From: Candidatus Latescibacterota bacterium
GTDB lineage: Bacteria; Latescibacterota; UBA2968; UBA8231
DNA: 64,000 nt
NCBI GenBank assembly: GCA_965206595.1
Contig: OZ242214.1
Coordinates: 3,015,340-3,079,339, forward strand
Reading direction: 5' to 3'
Shown: positions 27,959 to 38,146 of the stretch, piece by piece
How positions within the stretch are numbered: the first letter of the stretch is position 1
Layout: each line of letters starts with the position of its first letter
The notes under the pieces: model-generated
Seen by the model: only the letters and a program-made list of their open reading frames with translations
Databases searched by the model: none
Told to the model about the DNA's origin: nothing
Translations under genes and position numbers: made by a program

Positions 27959-29305
27959 TCACCTTGCAGCGGCCGCCCCGCCGGCACCGCGACCGGCGGC
28001 CGGTGACTGGAGCGTGCCTTTCACGACGTGCAGCGATTCCTCGGCCGCCTGAAGCGTGCGGTCGACGTCGCCGGCGCTGTGCGCCAGCGACAGGTAGAGC
28101 TTGCCCCCGGGGGTGACCAGGACGCCGCGGCGGATCATCTCCACGCCGAAGCGGCGGGCCGCCCCGGCGTCGGCCCTCAGCCCGTCGATGTGGTTGCGGA
28201 CCGGCGCCTCGGTGAACACCGGCTGCAGCACCGGACCGTCGCCGATCACCTGAAAGGGGAGCTCCAGGCGCCGGCCGGCCTCCTCCAGGCCCTGCCGCAG
28301 GCGGTCCGAGGTCTCGAAAAGCCGCGGGTAGACCCCCTCCTTCTCCAGCTCGTCCAGGGTCGCCAGGCCCGCGGCGCAGCCCACGGGATTGCCGTTCATG
28401 GTGCCGCTGGCGAAGACGTACCCGCTCTCGGCCTTGCGCCGGGGGTCGGCCAGGGCCATGACCTCCTCGCGGCCGCAGACCGCGGCGAGCGGATAGCCGC
28501 CGCTGATCGTCTTGCCGTACACGGCCAGGTCCGGGACCACGCCGTAGCGCTCCTGGGCGCCGCCCCAGGCGAGACGGAAACCGGTGACGATCTCGTCGAA
28601 GACCAGCAGCACGCCGTGGGACCGCGTCACCTCCCTCAACCTCTCCAGGAAGCCCGGCTCCGGGGGAATGGCCCGCTGCAGGGGCTCGACGATGACGGCG
28701 GCGAGATCCCTTGCGTGCCCGGCCACGGTGAGAGCCGCGGCCTCGGGGTCGTTGAAAGGGGCGACGAGAACGGTCCTTGATGCGGCCCCCGGAATCCCCG
28801 AGGAATCGGGTACGGGGTTCGGGTACTCCGCGGGGACGGAGGGGGCCGCGCTCTGCAGGGCGTAGTCGTGGGCCCCGTGCCACCCGCCCTCGAACTTGAG
28901 GACCTTCTCCCGGCCGGTGAAGGCCCGGGCCAGGCGCAGGGCGGTGAAGGTTCCCTCGGTTCCGGAGCTGCCGTAGCGCAGCAGGCCGCCGCAGGGAACG
29001 GCCTCGGTGACGCGCCGGGCGAGGCGGAGGGCGGGCTCGTTGAGGCCGTAGAAGGTCGAACCCAGCCCCGCCTGCTCGCGCACCGCGGCGACCACCGCGG
29101 GGTGGGCGTGTCCCAGGATCAGGGGCCCCGAGCCGAGGACGTAGTCGATGTACTCCTTCCCGGCCACGTCCCGGATGCGGCTGCCCTCGCCCCGGTGGAA
29201 CACCGCGGCGACCTCGTCGGGGAGACGGAACATCCCGAAGCAACCCCCCACCAGGACGCGCTCGGACAGCTCGATCAGACTCTGCTGCAGGCCGGCTCCT
29301 TCCAT
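27959..29305 (-). CDS. Class III pyridoxal-phosphate aminotransferase (glutamate-1-semialdehyde aminomutase-like)
   Basis: Collinear with HemL and other class III aminotransferases. Motifs DEVVTGFR and AVYGKTISGGYPLAAV (PLP-binding Lys). GGGAGG RBS upstream of the ATG at 29305. Confidence 0.8.
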   Translation of the reverse strand: MEGAGLQQSLIELSERVLVGGCFGMFRLPDEVAAVFHRGEGSRIRDVAGKEYIDYVLGSGPLILGHAHPAVVAAVREQAGLGSTFYGLNEPALRLARRVTEAVPCGGLLRYGSSGTEGTFTALRLARAFTGREKVLKFEGGWHGAHDYALQSAAPSVPAEYPNPVPDSSGIPGAASRTVLVAPFNDPEAAALTVAGHARDLAAVIVEPLQRAIPPEPGFLERLREVTRSHGVLLVFDEIVTGFRLAWGGAQERYGVVPDLAVYGKTISGGYPLAAVCGREEVMALADPRRKAESGYVFASGTMNGNPVGCAAGLATLDELEKEGVYPRLFETSDRLRQGLEEAGRRLELPFQVIGDGPVLQPVFTEAPVRNHIDGLRADAGAARRFGVEMIRRGVLVTPGGKLYLSLAHSAGDVDRTLQAAEESLHVVKGTLQSPAAGRGAGGAAAAR

Positions 29306-29379
29306 CTGTTCATGGCCTCCCGCGCCGGGCAGGCGCGGTCGTTTCAGTTGCCGCCGTCCACAGTCCCCCTCCCGACCCG

Positions 29380-30732
29380 TCACGGAGCAAACTGGTAGAC
29401 CACCGACAACTGCCCCGGGTCCGTGATCTCCGGGTCCGTGTGGTGGTAGATGCTCACGCCCCCGGTGCCGCAATCGCCGAAATCGTCGCAGGAGAGCGTG
29501 CCGATGAGGCCCTGAAAGCCGGATGTCGCCGCGATACCCTCGCGCAGCGCGGCACGGTCGACGTACAACTTGCCGCCCTCGGCCACCGCAACGGATTGGA
29601 TGGCGCTGAGCAGCACGGTCGTGGCGTCGTAGGCGTGCGCCCAGTACGGAGCGGCATGAGTCACGCCATAGGTGGTTTCGATCGCCTCGAGAACCGCGTC
29701 GGCGTTCTTGTTGGTCGCGGCATTGACGTTCGAGCTGTGCACGGGCTCCGGCCCGGCAAAGTAGATGCCTTCGGACTGCGGTGTGCCGAGGAATTCCGAC
29801 AGAAAGAGAGCCGCGTCCGTGATCAGCGTCGCATCTTTAAGGCCGTCGACCTCCCTCACCTGCTCGGCAAATGGCGAGCCTTCCGCAATGAAAAGCGGGA
29901 AGAAGATGCCGTCCGGCTCGGCTGCGGCGAACTCCTCCAGGATGTCCGCCATGTCCGTGGTCCCCTTCTCGATTCGGGCGTTGCCGGCGACCTCGCCGCC
30001 GAGTTCGCGGAACACATTGCCGAAGGCGACGGTCAGGCCCATGGTGTACGGGTCGCCGTCGTCTATGGACACCATGCGCCGCAGACCCAGTTCACTGTAT
30101 GCGAAGTCGGCGACCGCTTGCCCCTGATAGAGATCGTTGTTGGCAGTGCGGAAATAGCCGGGGTGGTAGTCGGGACTCGCGTTGCCGGCGAGGTCGGATG
30201 TGAGCGCAGGCGAGGTGTTGGCCGGCGAAATCATAACCAGCCCCGCTTCGCTGAGCAGCGGCGAGGCCGCCACTGCCGCGCCCGAGCACAAAGTGCCGAT
30301 GACGGCGACTACCTGTGGGTCGGCGATGATCTGCTCGGCACTTGCGCGTCCCCCTTCCGCCGAACACCCGCCGTCTAGCGGTTCGCCGAGCTCGACCTCG
30401 AGACCGTGGATGCTGCCGAAGTCCCGGACAGCCAACTCGGTGCTGTACCGCAACCACTCGGCAACCGACGGCACGACGACGTGCGCGAGCACCGAACGGA
30501 TCTGGATGGCCTCGCCGGCGCCGATCTCGACCGCGCCGAGCGGTCCGGCCTCGAAGGCGGGCGCTTCTGCCCGCGACTCGGCCAGCCCCGCGACCGGGGC
30601 GCTCAGGGTCAGGCTGCTGCTTGTGCGCTTGCCGGACGCCTCGCCCGGAGAGTTGGAGGAAACGGGATCGCGGTCCGAGCAGGCGCCCAGGACCAGGAGG
30701 CCGGGGAGCAGGAAGGAAAGGGCGGATTTCAT
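29380..30732 (-). CDS. Branched-chain amino-acid ABC-transporter substrate-binding lipoprotein (LivK/LivJ-like). Orphan, with no adjacent permease or ATPase genes.
   Basis: AGGAGG RBS. MKSALSFLLPGLLVLGACS lipobox. Type I periplasmic binding fold signature (VIGTLCSGAAVAASPL...ISPANTSPALT). Confidence 0.75.
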   Translation of the reverse strand: MKSALSFLLPGLLVLGACSDRDPVSSNSPGEASGKRTSSSLTLSAPVAGLAESRAEAPAFEAGPLGAVEIGAGEAIQIRSVLAHVVVPSVAEWLRYSTELAVRDFGSIHGLEVELGEPLDGGCSAEGGRASAEQIIADPQVVAVIGTLCSGAAVAASPLLSEAGLVMISPANTSPALTSDLAGNASPDYHPGYFRTANNDLYQGQAVADFAYSELGLRRMVSIDDGDPYTMGLTVAFGNVFRELGGEVAGNARIEKGTTDMADILEEFAAAEPDGIFFPLFIAEGSPFAEQVREVDGLKDATLITDAALFLSEFLGTPQSEGIYFAGPEPVHSSNVNAATNKNADAVLEAIETTYGVTHAAPYWAHAYDATTVLLSAIQSVAVAEGGKLYVDRAALREGIAATSGFQGLIGTLSCDDFGDCGTGGVSIYHHTDPEITDPGQLSVVYQFAP

Positions 30733-30858
30733 GGGATTCCTCCTTTGGAGATTGGGTTGATGCCTCGGTTGAGGCAGGGCAAGCATGTGACCGGTACCGG
30801 AGGCAAGGATCTGGCCCCCTGTGGGCGGTATGCCGTTTCCAGCGGCAGTATCGCCGAT

Positions 30859-31368
30859 TCAGTTCGTATCGACGATGGCGACGCCGTCGCGCATTTCGAT
30901 AACCAGCACGCGGTCCCCGGGATTGAGAGGGACCTTGTCCTCCGCCCGGCGCGCCAGGAGCTCGATGGTGCGGCCCTGGATGGTTCCGGAAATTTTCCCG
31001 GTGCCGCCGGTGCCGATGGGAATGGTGACTTCGGCTTCGAGGCCGACCAGGTCGTCCCCTTCCAGGGAACTGTCCGCGGTGGAGGTGCTCAGGCGGCTGA
31101 GAACCCAGTCTCCCAGGAAGGCGCAGACCATACCTGTACCCAGCGCCGTGAACAACGCCGCACCCTGCCCCATCAACTGGCTGCCGAGAATTCCCGCCAG
31201 CCCGAAGAAGAAGGCGAAGAACAACAGCGTCCTGAGCCGCAGGAAGGCCAGCGCCCTCAGCCCGTCCCCCAGGCCATCGCCGTCTCCCCCGAAAAGCGAG
31301 GCGCCGACGGCGATGCCGCCGACGATCAGCCCGCTCAGGTACAGGTAGAAGAGATCCACGCTACCCAT
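30859..31368 (-). CDS. NfeD-family membrane protein (partner of the SPFH/flotillin protein). Start taken at MGSVDLFYL.
   Basis: TM helices followed by the C-terminal OB-fold segment GKISGTIQGRTIELLARRAEDKVPLNPGDRVLVIEMRDGVAIV. An 8-bp overlap with the upstream flotillin gene suggests an operon. Confidence 0.7.
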   Translation of the reverse strand: MGSVDLFYLYLSGLIVGGIAVGASLFGGDGDGLGDGLRALAFLRLRTLLFFAFFFGLAGILGSQLMGQGAALFTALGTGMVCAFLGDWVLSRLSTSTADSSLEGDDLVGLEAEVTIPIGTGGTGKISGTIQGRTIELLARRAEDKVPLNPGDRVLVIEMRDGVAIVDTN

Positions 31369-32641
31369 CCTGGGCCGCGGGCTGGCCGTCGGCCTTCTCG
31401 GCGATGACCGAAGCGAGGTCGACGCCGGTGGTGGCCTTGATGCTCTCGAACAGCGCCGGCGCCAGCGCACCGATCTGGTGGACGACCGCGGGCAGACCGC
31501 TGTGGCTGCCGTTTCCGGAATCGACGACGGCGAGGTGGTCGATCTTGATGTCCTTGGCCATGCCGGTGATCTGCTCGACCAGGCCCGGGAGCATCTGGAT
31601 CAGCAGAAGCTCCTTGCCGTTGGAGCCGGCAACGGTCCAGACATGGTTTTTCTGCTTGAGCACCTGGATCTCCGCGAGGCCGTTCTCGAGGATGTTGGCC
31701 GCCTCCCCCTTGGCTCGCAGCTCCGCGGCGTCGCGGTCGGCGCGCGCCGGCTCGATGACCTCGATTTCGAGCTGGCGCTTCTGCAACGCCAGCCGCTCCT
31801 GCTCGACCTCCTGCTCGGCCTGGACCTCGGCCTTGCGGGCGATTTGCGCAGCGCGCTTTTCCGCGGCCAGGGCCTCCCCTTCAAGCTCGGCCTTGCGGAC
31901 GCGGAGAAGGTTTTGCGCATCGACGATCTGGACCTGGGCTTCGGCGTCGGCGACCTCGCCGCGACGGCGGGCCCCGGCCGACTTCTCCTGGGATTCGGCG
32001 CGGTTCTCCGCCTCGGCGATCTCGGCTTCCTTGAGGACGGCGGCCGTGCTCTTGCGGCCGATGGCGTCGAGATAGCCGACCTCGTCGGAGACGTTCTGAA
32101 TCTTCAGCGTGTCGAGGACGAGGCCGAGCTTGTGCAAATCGACGTCGGCCTCGCCGATCAGGGATTCGGCGAATTTGAGGCGGTCCTCATTGACTTCCTC
32201 GGGGGTCAGGGTGGCGAGGACACCGCGCAGGTTGCCCTCGAGGGTGTCCTTGGCAATCTCCTGGACTTCGACCAGCTGTTTGCCGAGGAAGCGCTCCAGC
32301 GCATTGCCGAGGAGGGGCTCGTCGCCGGCGATTTTGATGTTGGCAATGCCCTGGACCGACAGCGGTATGCCCCCCTTCGAGTAGGCGTTGGTGATCGAGA
32401 CTTCGAGGGGAATCGTGCGCAGGTCGAGGCGGTCGACCTTTTCGAGAAGCGGGATGCGGAAGGCGCGGCCTCCCTTTATTACGCGGTAGCCGACCTCGCG
32501 GCCGTCGGAGGTTACGCGCTTGCGGCCCGAGAAGATGATGACCTCGCTGGGCTGGCAGATGAAGAGATTCGTCGTGATGATGACGATCAGCACGACGAGC
32601 AGCGCGGCAAAAACCAGGGCGAAGGTCAGGAGCATTCCCAT
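31361..32641 (-). CDS. Flotillin-like SPFH (band 7) domain protein (YqiK/FloA-like)
   Basis: N-terminal TM helix. SPFH domain. Long Ala/Glu-rich coiled coil (EAEIAEAENRAESQEKSAGARRRGEVADAEAQ...). Confidence 0.85.
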   Translation of the reverse strand: MGMLLTFALVFAALLVVLIVIITTNLFICQPSEVIIFSGRKRVTSDGREVGYRVIKGGRAFRIPLLEKVDRLDLRTIPLEVSITNAYSKGGIPLSVQGIANIKIAGDEPLLGNALERFLGKQLVEVQEIAKDTLEGNLRGVLATLTPEEVNEDRLKFAESLIGEADVDLHKLGLVLDTLKIQNVSDEVGYLDAIGRKSTAAVLKEAEIAEAENRAESQEKSAGARRRGEVADAEAQVQIVDAQNLLRVRKAELEGEALAAEKRAAQIARKAEVQAEQEVEQERLALQKRQLEIEVIEPARADRDAAELRAKGEAANILENGLAEIQVLKQKNHVWTVAGSNGKELLLIQMLPGLVEQITGMAKDIKIDHLAVVDSGNGSHSGLPAVVHQIGALAPALFESIKATTGVDLASVIAEKADGQPAAQDG

Positions 32642-32928
32642 CTCGTACCTCCTTTGGGGTTTGGGGACGAATGGGCAGACAATGGAAAGTTAATTTACCG
32701 ATGCCCTGTCACGCTTCCGAGAACTAATTTGCGGACGGCGGGCGGCTGGACTTCCGGCGGTACGCCGAGGAGGTGGCCTGGCACGAGGGGGAGGGGGTCG
32801 GCTGCGCGCTGGCGGGCGTACGCGCCGATTCTCCTGGCCGGCTATTCGTGCAGGATGGGCTTGGTCGGCATGTCTTCCATCGCGCTGGCCCTGATTTCCA
32901 AGGCCGTGTCGAGCATTGTGTTTAAGGC

Positions 32929-32999
32929 TTTGGGTGCGTAACACCAAGTTGTATAATGCCCCCTTTTTCGTACATTGCACGTACGAAAAAGGGGGCATT
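32929..32999 (+). promoter_or_regulatory. Sigma70-like promoter (TTGGGT-16-TATAAT) immediately followed by, and partly overlapping, a perfect 19-bp-arm hairpin. Lies upstream of the DUF4143 ATPase gene.
   Basis: TATAAT at 32952-32957. Inverted repeat aatgccccctttttcgtac (32955-32973), 7-nt loop, gtacgaaaaagggggcatt (32981-32999), then tttatt. Locally AT-rich divergent intergenic region. Confidence 0.4.
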
Positions 33000-33008
33000 T
33001 TATTCATC

Positions 33009-34385
33009 ATGTATAGATCGGCTGAACGCGCTCTGGCCCAATGGTTTGCCACCCCACAGCGAAAACCGCTGGTCATCCGCGGTGCTCGCCAAGTGGGTAA
33101 ATCCACCCTGGTGCGGCAATTCGCCCAGTCCCATCGCCTGCACCCCAACGAAATCAACCTCGAGCGCCACCCAGACCTGGACCCCGTCTTCCAGACCTTG
33201 GACCTGACGCGCATCCGCCGGGAACTCGAAGGGCTGCTGGGTCAACCGCTGTTGGCAGCGGGCAGCCTGCTCTTCCTCGACGAAATCCAAGCAACCCCAC
33301 ACGCCCTGCCCGCCCTGCGCTATTTCTTCGAAGACCACCCCGAGCTGCCGGTTATCGCCGCGGGCTCCCTGCTCGAATTCGTCCTCTCGCAACACGCCTT
33401 TACCATGCCGGTAGGACGCATTCAATACTTCCACCTAGGCCCGATGAGCTTTGAAGAATTTCTCGCCGAACTGGACCCGCCCCTCTTGGCCTATCTGCCG
33501 GACTACACCCTTGAGCATCCCCTGCCCCATACCGTCCACACCCGCTTGTCGGCCTGTCAGCGGGAATACTTGCTGGTGGGTGGTATGCCCGAAGCCGTAG
33601 CCGCATATAGCTCCACCCGCCGCTTTGCCGACGTGACGCCGGTGCATCAGTCCATCGTCGATACCTACCAGGACGATTTTGCCAAGTACTCCTCCGCCCG
33701 AGTCCTGCTGCGCCTGCAGCGAGTCTTCAACTACGTTCCCCGGACCGTGGGTCGCAAAGTCAAATACACCCGGATCGACCGCGAGGAGACCGCCCGCGAA
33801 CTGCGGGCCGCCATCGACTTGCTGGTCAATTCCCGGGTCATTGCACCCGTCTTCCACAGTACCTGTTCCGGGGTGCCTATCCACGCCGATGTCGATTGGA
33901 AGACCTACAAACTCCTCTTTTTGGACATCGGCCTGATGAACCGTCTGTGCGGCCTGGACTGGCTGGCTCTGAAGGACCTGGACGACCGCCAACTGGTCAA
34001 TGAAGGAGCCTTGGCCGAACAGTTCGTCGGGCAACACTTACTCTACTTGGAAGAGGGTCGGGAAACGCCCCGTTTGAACTACTGGCTGCGGGAAGGGAAA
34101 AGTGCCAACGCCGAAGTTGACTACGCGATTGCCCGGGGGGCTTGGATCGTGCCGGTCGAAGTCAAAGCCGGCACCAGCGGCACCCTGCGCTCGCTGCATC
34201 AGTTCGCCTTGGCCAAAGGGACGCGCCTCGCGGTGCGCTTCGACCTCAATCCGCCCACCGTCCAGTCCATCCGGCACCAAGTGAGCGGAACGCGGCAGCG
34301 CGTGGAAATGACCTTGCTCTCGCTGCCGCTTTACCTGGTGGGGCAACTGGGCCGCCTGCTGGACCGGCTCAGGCAGGAGCGATAA
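33009..34385 (+). CDS. AAA+ ATPase with C-terminal DUF4143 domain (AAA_14/DUF4143 family ATP-binding protein)
   Basis: Walker A GARQVGKST. Walker B LLFLDEIQ. C-terminal region with conserved ...NYWLREGKSANAEVDYAI...VPVEVKAG typical of DUF4143, a PD-(D/E)xK-like module. Confidence 0.8.
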   Translation: MYRSAERALAQWFATPQRKPLVIRGARQVGKSTLVRQFAQSHRLHPNEINLERHPDLDPVFQTLDLTRIRRELEGLLGQPLLAAGSLLFLDEIQATPHALPALRYFFEDHPELPVIAAGSLLEFVLSQHAFTMPVGRIQYFHLGPMSFEEFLAELDPPLLAYLPDYTLEHPLPHTVHTRLSACQREYLLVGGMPEAVAAYSSTRRFADVTPVHQSIVDTYQDDFAKYSSARVLLRLQRVFNYVPRTVGRKVKYTRIDREETARELRAAIDLLVNSRVIAPVFHSTCSGVPIHADVDWKTYKLLFLDIGLMNRLCGLDWLALKDLDDRQLVNEGALAEQFVGQHLLYLEEGRETPRLNYWLREGKSANAEVDYAIARGAWIVPVEVKAGTSGTLRSLHQFALAKGTRLAVRFDLNPPTVQSIRHQVSGTRQRVEMTLLSLPLYLVGQLGRLLDRLRQER

Positions 34386-34732
34386 GGTCGCCCTGTTCTA
34401 CGGATTCATCGGCGGCGGGGGCGCGTGGCCGCACTTGATCTATCAGTCGCCTAGGGTGGGGCGTGATGCGCCTCCGCCCAGCATCATGCCACTCATCGGG
34501 ATTGTTCCTCTTTCTTCTGGAATAGCCCTCAGCCATCTGTCCAAATTCTCGCGATCATTTCCGGATATCCACGATGGGCGGTGGGGGCGTTCCGAACGAA
34601 CTCGGCACCAGCCTCTTTGCGGAAGCGCTGCTTGAAAATGAGACAGATCGTCCATGGTGATCGAACCTCTGCCGCCGGTTGCTTCGTAGAAATTGGAATA
34701 CGTATTGCCACGCCAGACGGTATTGGTCTCAC

Positions 34733-34991
34733 CGACATGGCTGATCCAGGATACGTCGTCGCTCCCGGAGCTTTCGACGCCGCCTCGGCTATGTGCTTCA
34801 AGCTGACCGGCGAGCGGGGCTACCTGGAGGTGGGCAGGGTACTGCTGGTCCGCCTTGCCGAATCGCAGGACTGGAGCGACGATCCGAGGAAACGCGGCGC
34901 CGTGGGCATGAGCCCGATGTACCTGAGCCTGCTGTTTTTCGGCGTGCCCTGTCTGCTGGGGGTACTGCAGGAGGCGGGGCTAGAGGAGTGA
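34733..34991 (+). CDS. Possible small protein with a C-terminal hydrophobic helix. Low confidence.
   Basis: High GC3 on the + strand. C-terminal MYLSLLFFGVPCLLGVL. No recognisable family. Overlaps a rejected antisense ORF. Confidence 0.25.
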
Positions 34992-35260
34992 GGGCGGTGC
35001 CGCCCGGCTACCACTTCTCGATTCCCCCCAGGAGCAGCTTCCGCTCGTCGCTGCCGCTCTCGCGCAGGGCGGTGACCCGGGGGCCGTCGAACGGCTCGCG
35101 CGATTTCATCCAGGCGTCCGGTAGCACATCAGGCAGACCCGGCGCCGGGTGCCCGAGGTATTGGCCGCGCCCCGGTGGTAGAGCCAGCCATCGAAGAGGA
35201 CGGCCTGTCCGGGTCGCGCCAGGACGCTCAGCTCGTCCGGGGAACGGGAGTAGCGGCCAA

Positions 35261-36006
35261 TTCAGGCAACCCCCTCGGCCACCACCGGATTGCGCAGCAC
35301 GCCGATGCCCTCGATCTCGATCTCCACCACGTCGCCGGGCTGTACCTCGCCGACGCCGGAAGGGGTGCCGGTCAGGATGACGTCCCCGGGCAGCAGGGTA
35401 ATGGCGGCGCTGAGGGTACTCGATCAGCTCGGCCACGGAAAAGATCAGGTCCGCGGTCGATGTCGACTGCACGACGCGTCCGTTCAGCCGTGTCGTCAGC
35501 TGCAGGTCCGAAGAGTCGAGGCCGGTGGCGATCCAGGGGCCCAGGGGCTTGAAGGTGTCGAACCCCTTGCCGATCAGCAGGCAGCCGTTGTCCATCTCCG
35601 CCTTCTGGATCACGCGCTCGCTGACGTCGTTGCCGATGGTGTAGCCGAACACGTGGTCGAGGGCACGGTCCGCGGACACGCGGCGGGCCGCCGTGCCGAT
35701 GACCGCGGCCAGTTCCCCCTCGTAATGCACGACCCTGCCCTGCCTCGGGTAGACGATGCCGTCGCCGGGGTTGCAGACCGCGGTGGCCGGCAGCTGAAAC
35801 AGGATCGGCCGATCGGGCGGGTCATGGCCGCTCTCCGCGGCGTGGGCGGCGTAGTTCAGGCCGACGCCGATCAGGCGCGGGTTCGCCACCGGGGCCAGCA
35901 GCCGGACGTCCGCGAGGGCGAGCTGCCCGCCCGTGCGGACGAGCCCGCCGTACCCGGGGCCCTCCAACAGGTCCAGCATGCCGGCGCCGGCGAGGACACC
36001 GTCCAC
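35261..36006 (-). CDS. Fumarylacetoacetate hydrolase (FAH) family protein (2-keto-4-pentenoate hydratase/decarboxylase-like). Has an apparent +1 frameshift near 35395-35410.
   Basis: FAH core (...[12 protein letters not shown]..., GELAAVIG, ...[11 protein letters not shown]). After ELIEY the given frame turns into an Arg-rich run. An alternative frame restores the canonical C-terminus [40 protein letters not shown] and ends at 35261. Confidence 0.65.
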
Positions 36007-36540
36007 GGACCGGACTCAACCCAATACGGAAAGCGCCAGCCACCCGAAGAACCCGGCATTCGCCGCAACCAGAGCTGTGCCCAGCTTCCTGTGGTTCCGT
36101 CGGGTAGCAACCGCTGCCACCAGGTAGACGCCGACCGGAAACAACCCCCACAGGAAGAAGCCCGGCGATGCGGCAAGGTACGCCGACGCCGGGCCGACCA
36201 GGACCGCGGCCACGAGCACGGACGTTGGACGCCTGCGGGCCAGTCCGAAGGAGGCCGCCAGCACACTCAGCACCACCGCCGGCCAGAAGAGCAGGACAGG
36301 CCAGAGCACCAGCAGGTCAGCCATGTACCGTGTGACGCGAGCCGCACGCGCTCGCGGGCGGCCGCCGCGCTCTCCGTGGAGCAGCGCCGAGGTCGATGCC
36401 CGCGGTTCGTCCTGAGGGGACGCCTTGCAGCGCCCGAAGCGCCGCGCGGTCTCGCGCTCCACCCAGCCTCAGGGTGCATGGAGAAGCGGTGCGGCGATCT
36501 CGACGACGACATGCCCGCGGCACCTGAAATCGGTGTTTCA

Positions 36541-37905
36541 TCAGCTTCCCGCTTCTTCTTCCGACACGCGGCGTTGTCCGCTCTCCTGCGCAGGGACCGG
36601 TTCGATCGCCGGCGCCTCCTCCCCCGCCTCGAGCATGCGCCGGATCAGCCGTTCCCGCATCGCCGCGGCCACCGCTTCATGCGACCGGAGCCCGACGAGA
36701 TTCCGCAGCTCGTAGGGGTCCGCCTCGAGGTCGTAGAGGTACTGCTCGACATACCGGTCGGATCCGGGATAATCGCGGCCGCTCCTGCCGGGTGCATCCA
36801 CGCCGTACTTCCAGCGCCGCGTCCGGACCGCCCGCCCCACCTGCGCTTCGCTGGTCTGCACGAAGACCTCCTGCGGCCAGCCGGCCGTATCGCCACGCAG
36901 GAGCGGACAAAGCGAGCGGCCCTGCATCTCGGCGGGAACCGCCATCCCCGCGGCATCGAGAAGGGTCGGCGGGAGGTCGACGAGGCTCACCAACTCCTGG
37001 AGTTGCCCTCCGCCCGTGAACCCGGGGCCGTGGAACGCGGTCGGCACGCGGATCGAGCTTTCGTGGCATGAACGCTTGTACTCGTTGTTGCGCGTCTTGA
37101 AGTGGCAGCCGTGGTCGGAGGTGAACAGGAGGACGGTATTGTCGAGCAGGTCGAGGCTTTTCAGCGCGTCCAGAATCCTGCCGAGCGCTTCGTCCAGCCT
37201 CTTGACCATGCCGTAGTAGCCGCCGAGGTGCTGGTGCGCCGAACCCTCGAGGGCGGCGAGATCGGGCGGCATCCACCTTCCCGTATACCGCTCCCGGTAC
37301 CCGTCCGGGGGCGGGTAATCGTCGATATGGTTCTGGTGATGCGGCTCGATGTACGAGGTGAAGAGATAGAAGGGCTCGTTCCTGTGCCCGTCGACGTACC
37401 GGATCACGGCATCGGTCAGCGCGTCCACGCGGTAGCCGGGAAGGTCGACCGGTTGATTGTCGTTGTCGTACAGGGTGGTCTTGTACGCGTCGGAGGTGAA
37501 CTCGAGGACGTTGGAGGCCAGCCAGTAGTCGTACCCGCCGCGATGCCCGGCCGGCACCGGTCCGATGGCCTCCCTGGAGTAGAGGTGCCACTTGCCGATG
37601 TATCCGGTGGCGTAGCCGGCCTCGCCGAAGTGGTGGGCGAGGGTCTTCAGCTCGCCGGACAGCGGGATGCCGTTCCGGTAGCATCCGGTGCGGGTTGCGT
37701 ACATCCCGGTCTGCAGGCAGGAGCGCGCCGGCCCGCACACAGGCTGGCAGGTGAAGGAGCGCCGGACATGGGTGCCGCGCTGCGCCATGCGGTCGAAGTT
37801 GGGCGTCAGGTCGAGCGGGTTGCCGTGCAGCCCGGAGGTGTCCCACCGCTGCTGATCGGTGAAGAAGACGAGGACATTGGGTCGATTTGCTTCAGGTCGG
37901 GGCAT
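36541..37905 (-). CDS. Sulfatase (formylglycine-dependent)
   Basis: CxPxR motif in CQPVCGPARSCLQTGMY. N-terminal NVLVFFTDQQR. C-terminal sulfatase fold. Confidence 0.85.
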   Translation of the reverse strand: MPRPEANRPNVLVFFTDQQRWDTSGLHGNPLDLTPNFDRMAQRGTHVRRSFTCQPVCGPARSCLQTGMYATRTGCYRNGIPLSGELKTLAHHFGEAGYATGYIGKWHLYSREAIGPVPAGHRGGYDYWLASNVLEFTSDAYKTTLYDNDNQPVDLPGYRVDALTDAVIRYVDGHRNEPFYLFTSYIEPHHQNHIDDYPPPDGYRERYTGRWMPPDLAALEGSAHQHLGGYYGMVKRLDEALGRILDALKSLDLLDNTVLLFTSDHGCHFKTRNNEYKRSCHESSIRVPTAFHGPGFTGGGQLQELVSLVDLPPTLLDAAGMAVPAEMQGRSLCPLLRGDTAGWPQEVFVQTSEAQVGRAVRTRRWKYGVDAPGRSGRDYPGSDRYVEQYLYDLEADPYELRNLVGLRSHEAVAAAMRERLIRRMLEAGEEAPAIEPVPAQESGQRRVSEEEAGS

Positions 37906-38146
37906 GGCCTGCTTTTTCTCTCTATCTCTCTCTATTCGGTTTTTGGTTTCCAATCGCCTTGACGAGCTTGCCTTGGCGAGCCGGGAATCAGCGCCGACTT
38001 GCCCGTCAAGTCCAATACTTTCCTTCTGCGCCAGGACTTCCTCCAATTGTAATTCGAACTTTGTTTGTACCAGCGGGTTCGGTTGCCGATTTTCATTTAC
38101 TTCCTCCGAAGCACAGCCAGTTCTAGTCGAACTTCAGGAGACTCCC

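Noticed and set aside
27816-29243. 475-aa minus ORF (Arg/Gly/Pro-rich) overlapping the aminotransferase gene in another frame
   Set aside because: Composition artefact. The class III aminotransferase frame is collinear with its family, including the PLP lysine.
34529-34801. 90-aa minus ORF. Also the longer N-terminally extended version (34581-34991) of the small + ORF.
   Set aside because: No RBS or motif. The AT-richer 34600-34730 stretch has poor GC3 in both. Only the 34733-34991 segment looks coding, and even that is low confidence.
35290-37071. 593-aa + ORF spanning the FAH and sulfatase loci. Also 36677-37846 (minus).
   Set aside because: Arg/Pro-rich with no motifs. Antisense or out-of-frame to two well-supported genes.
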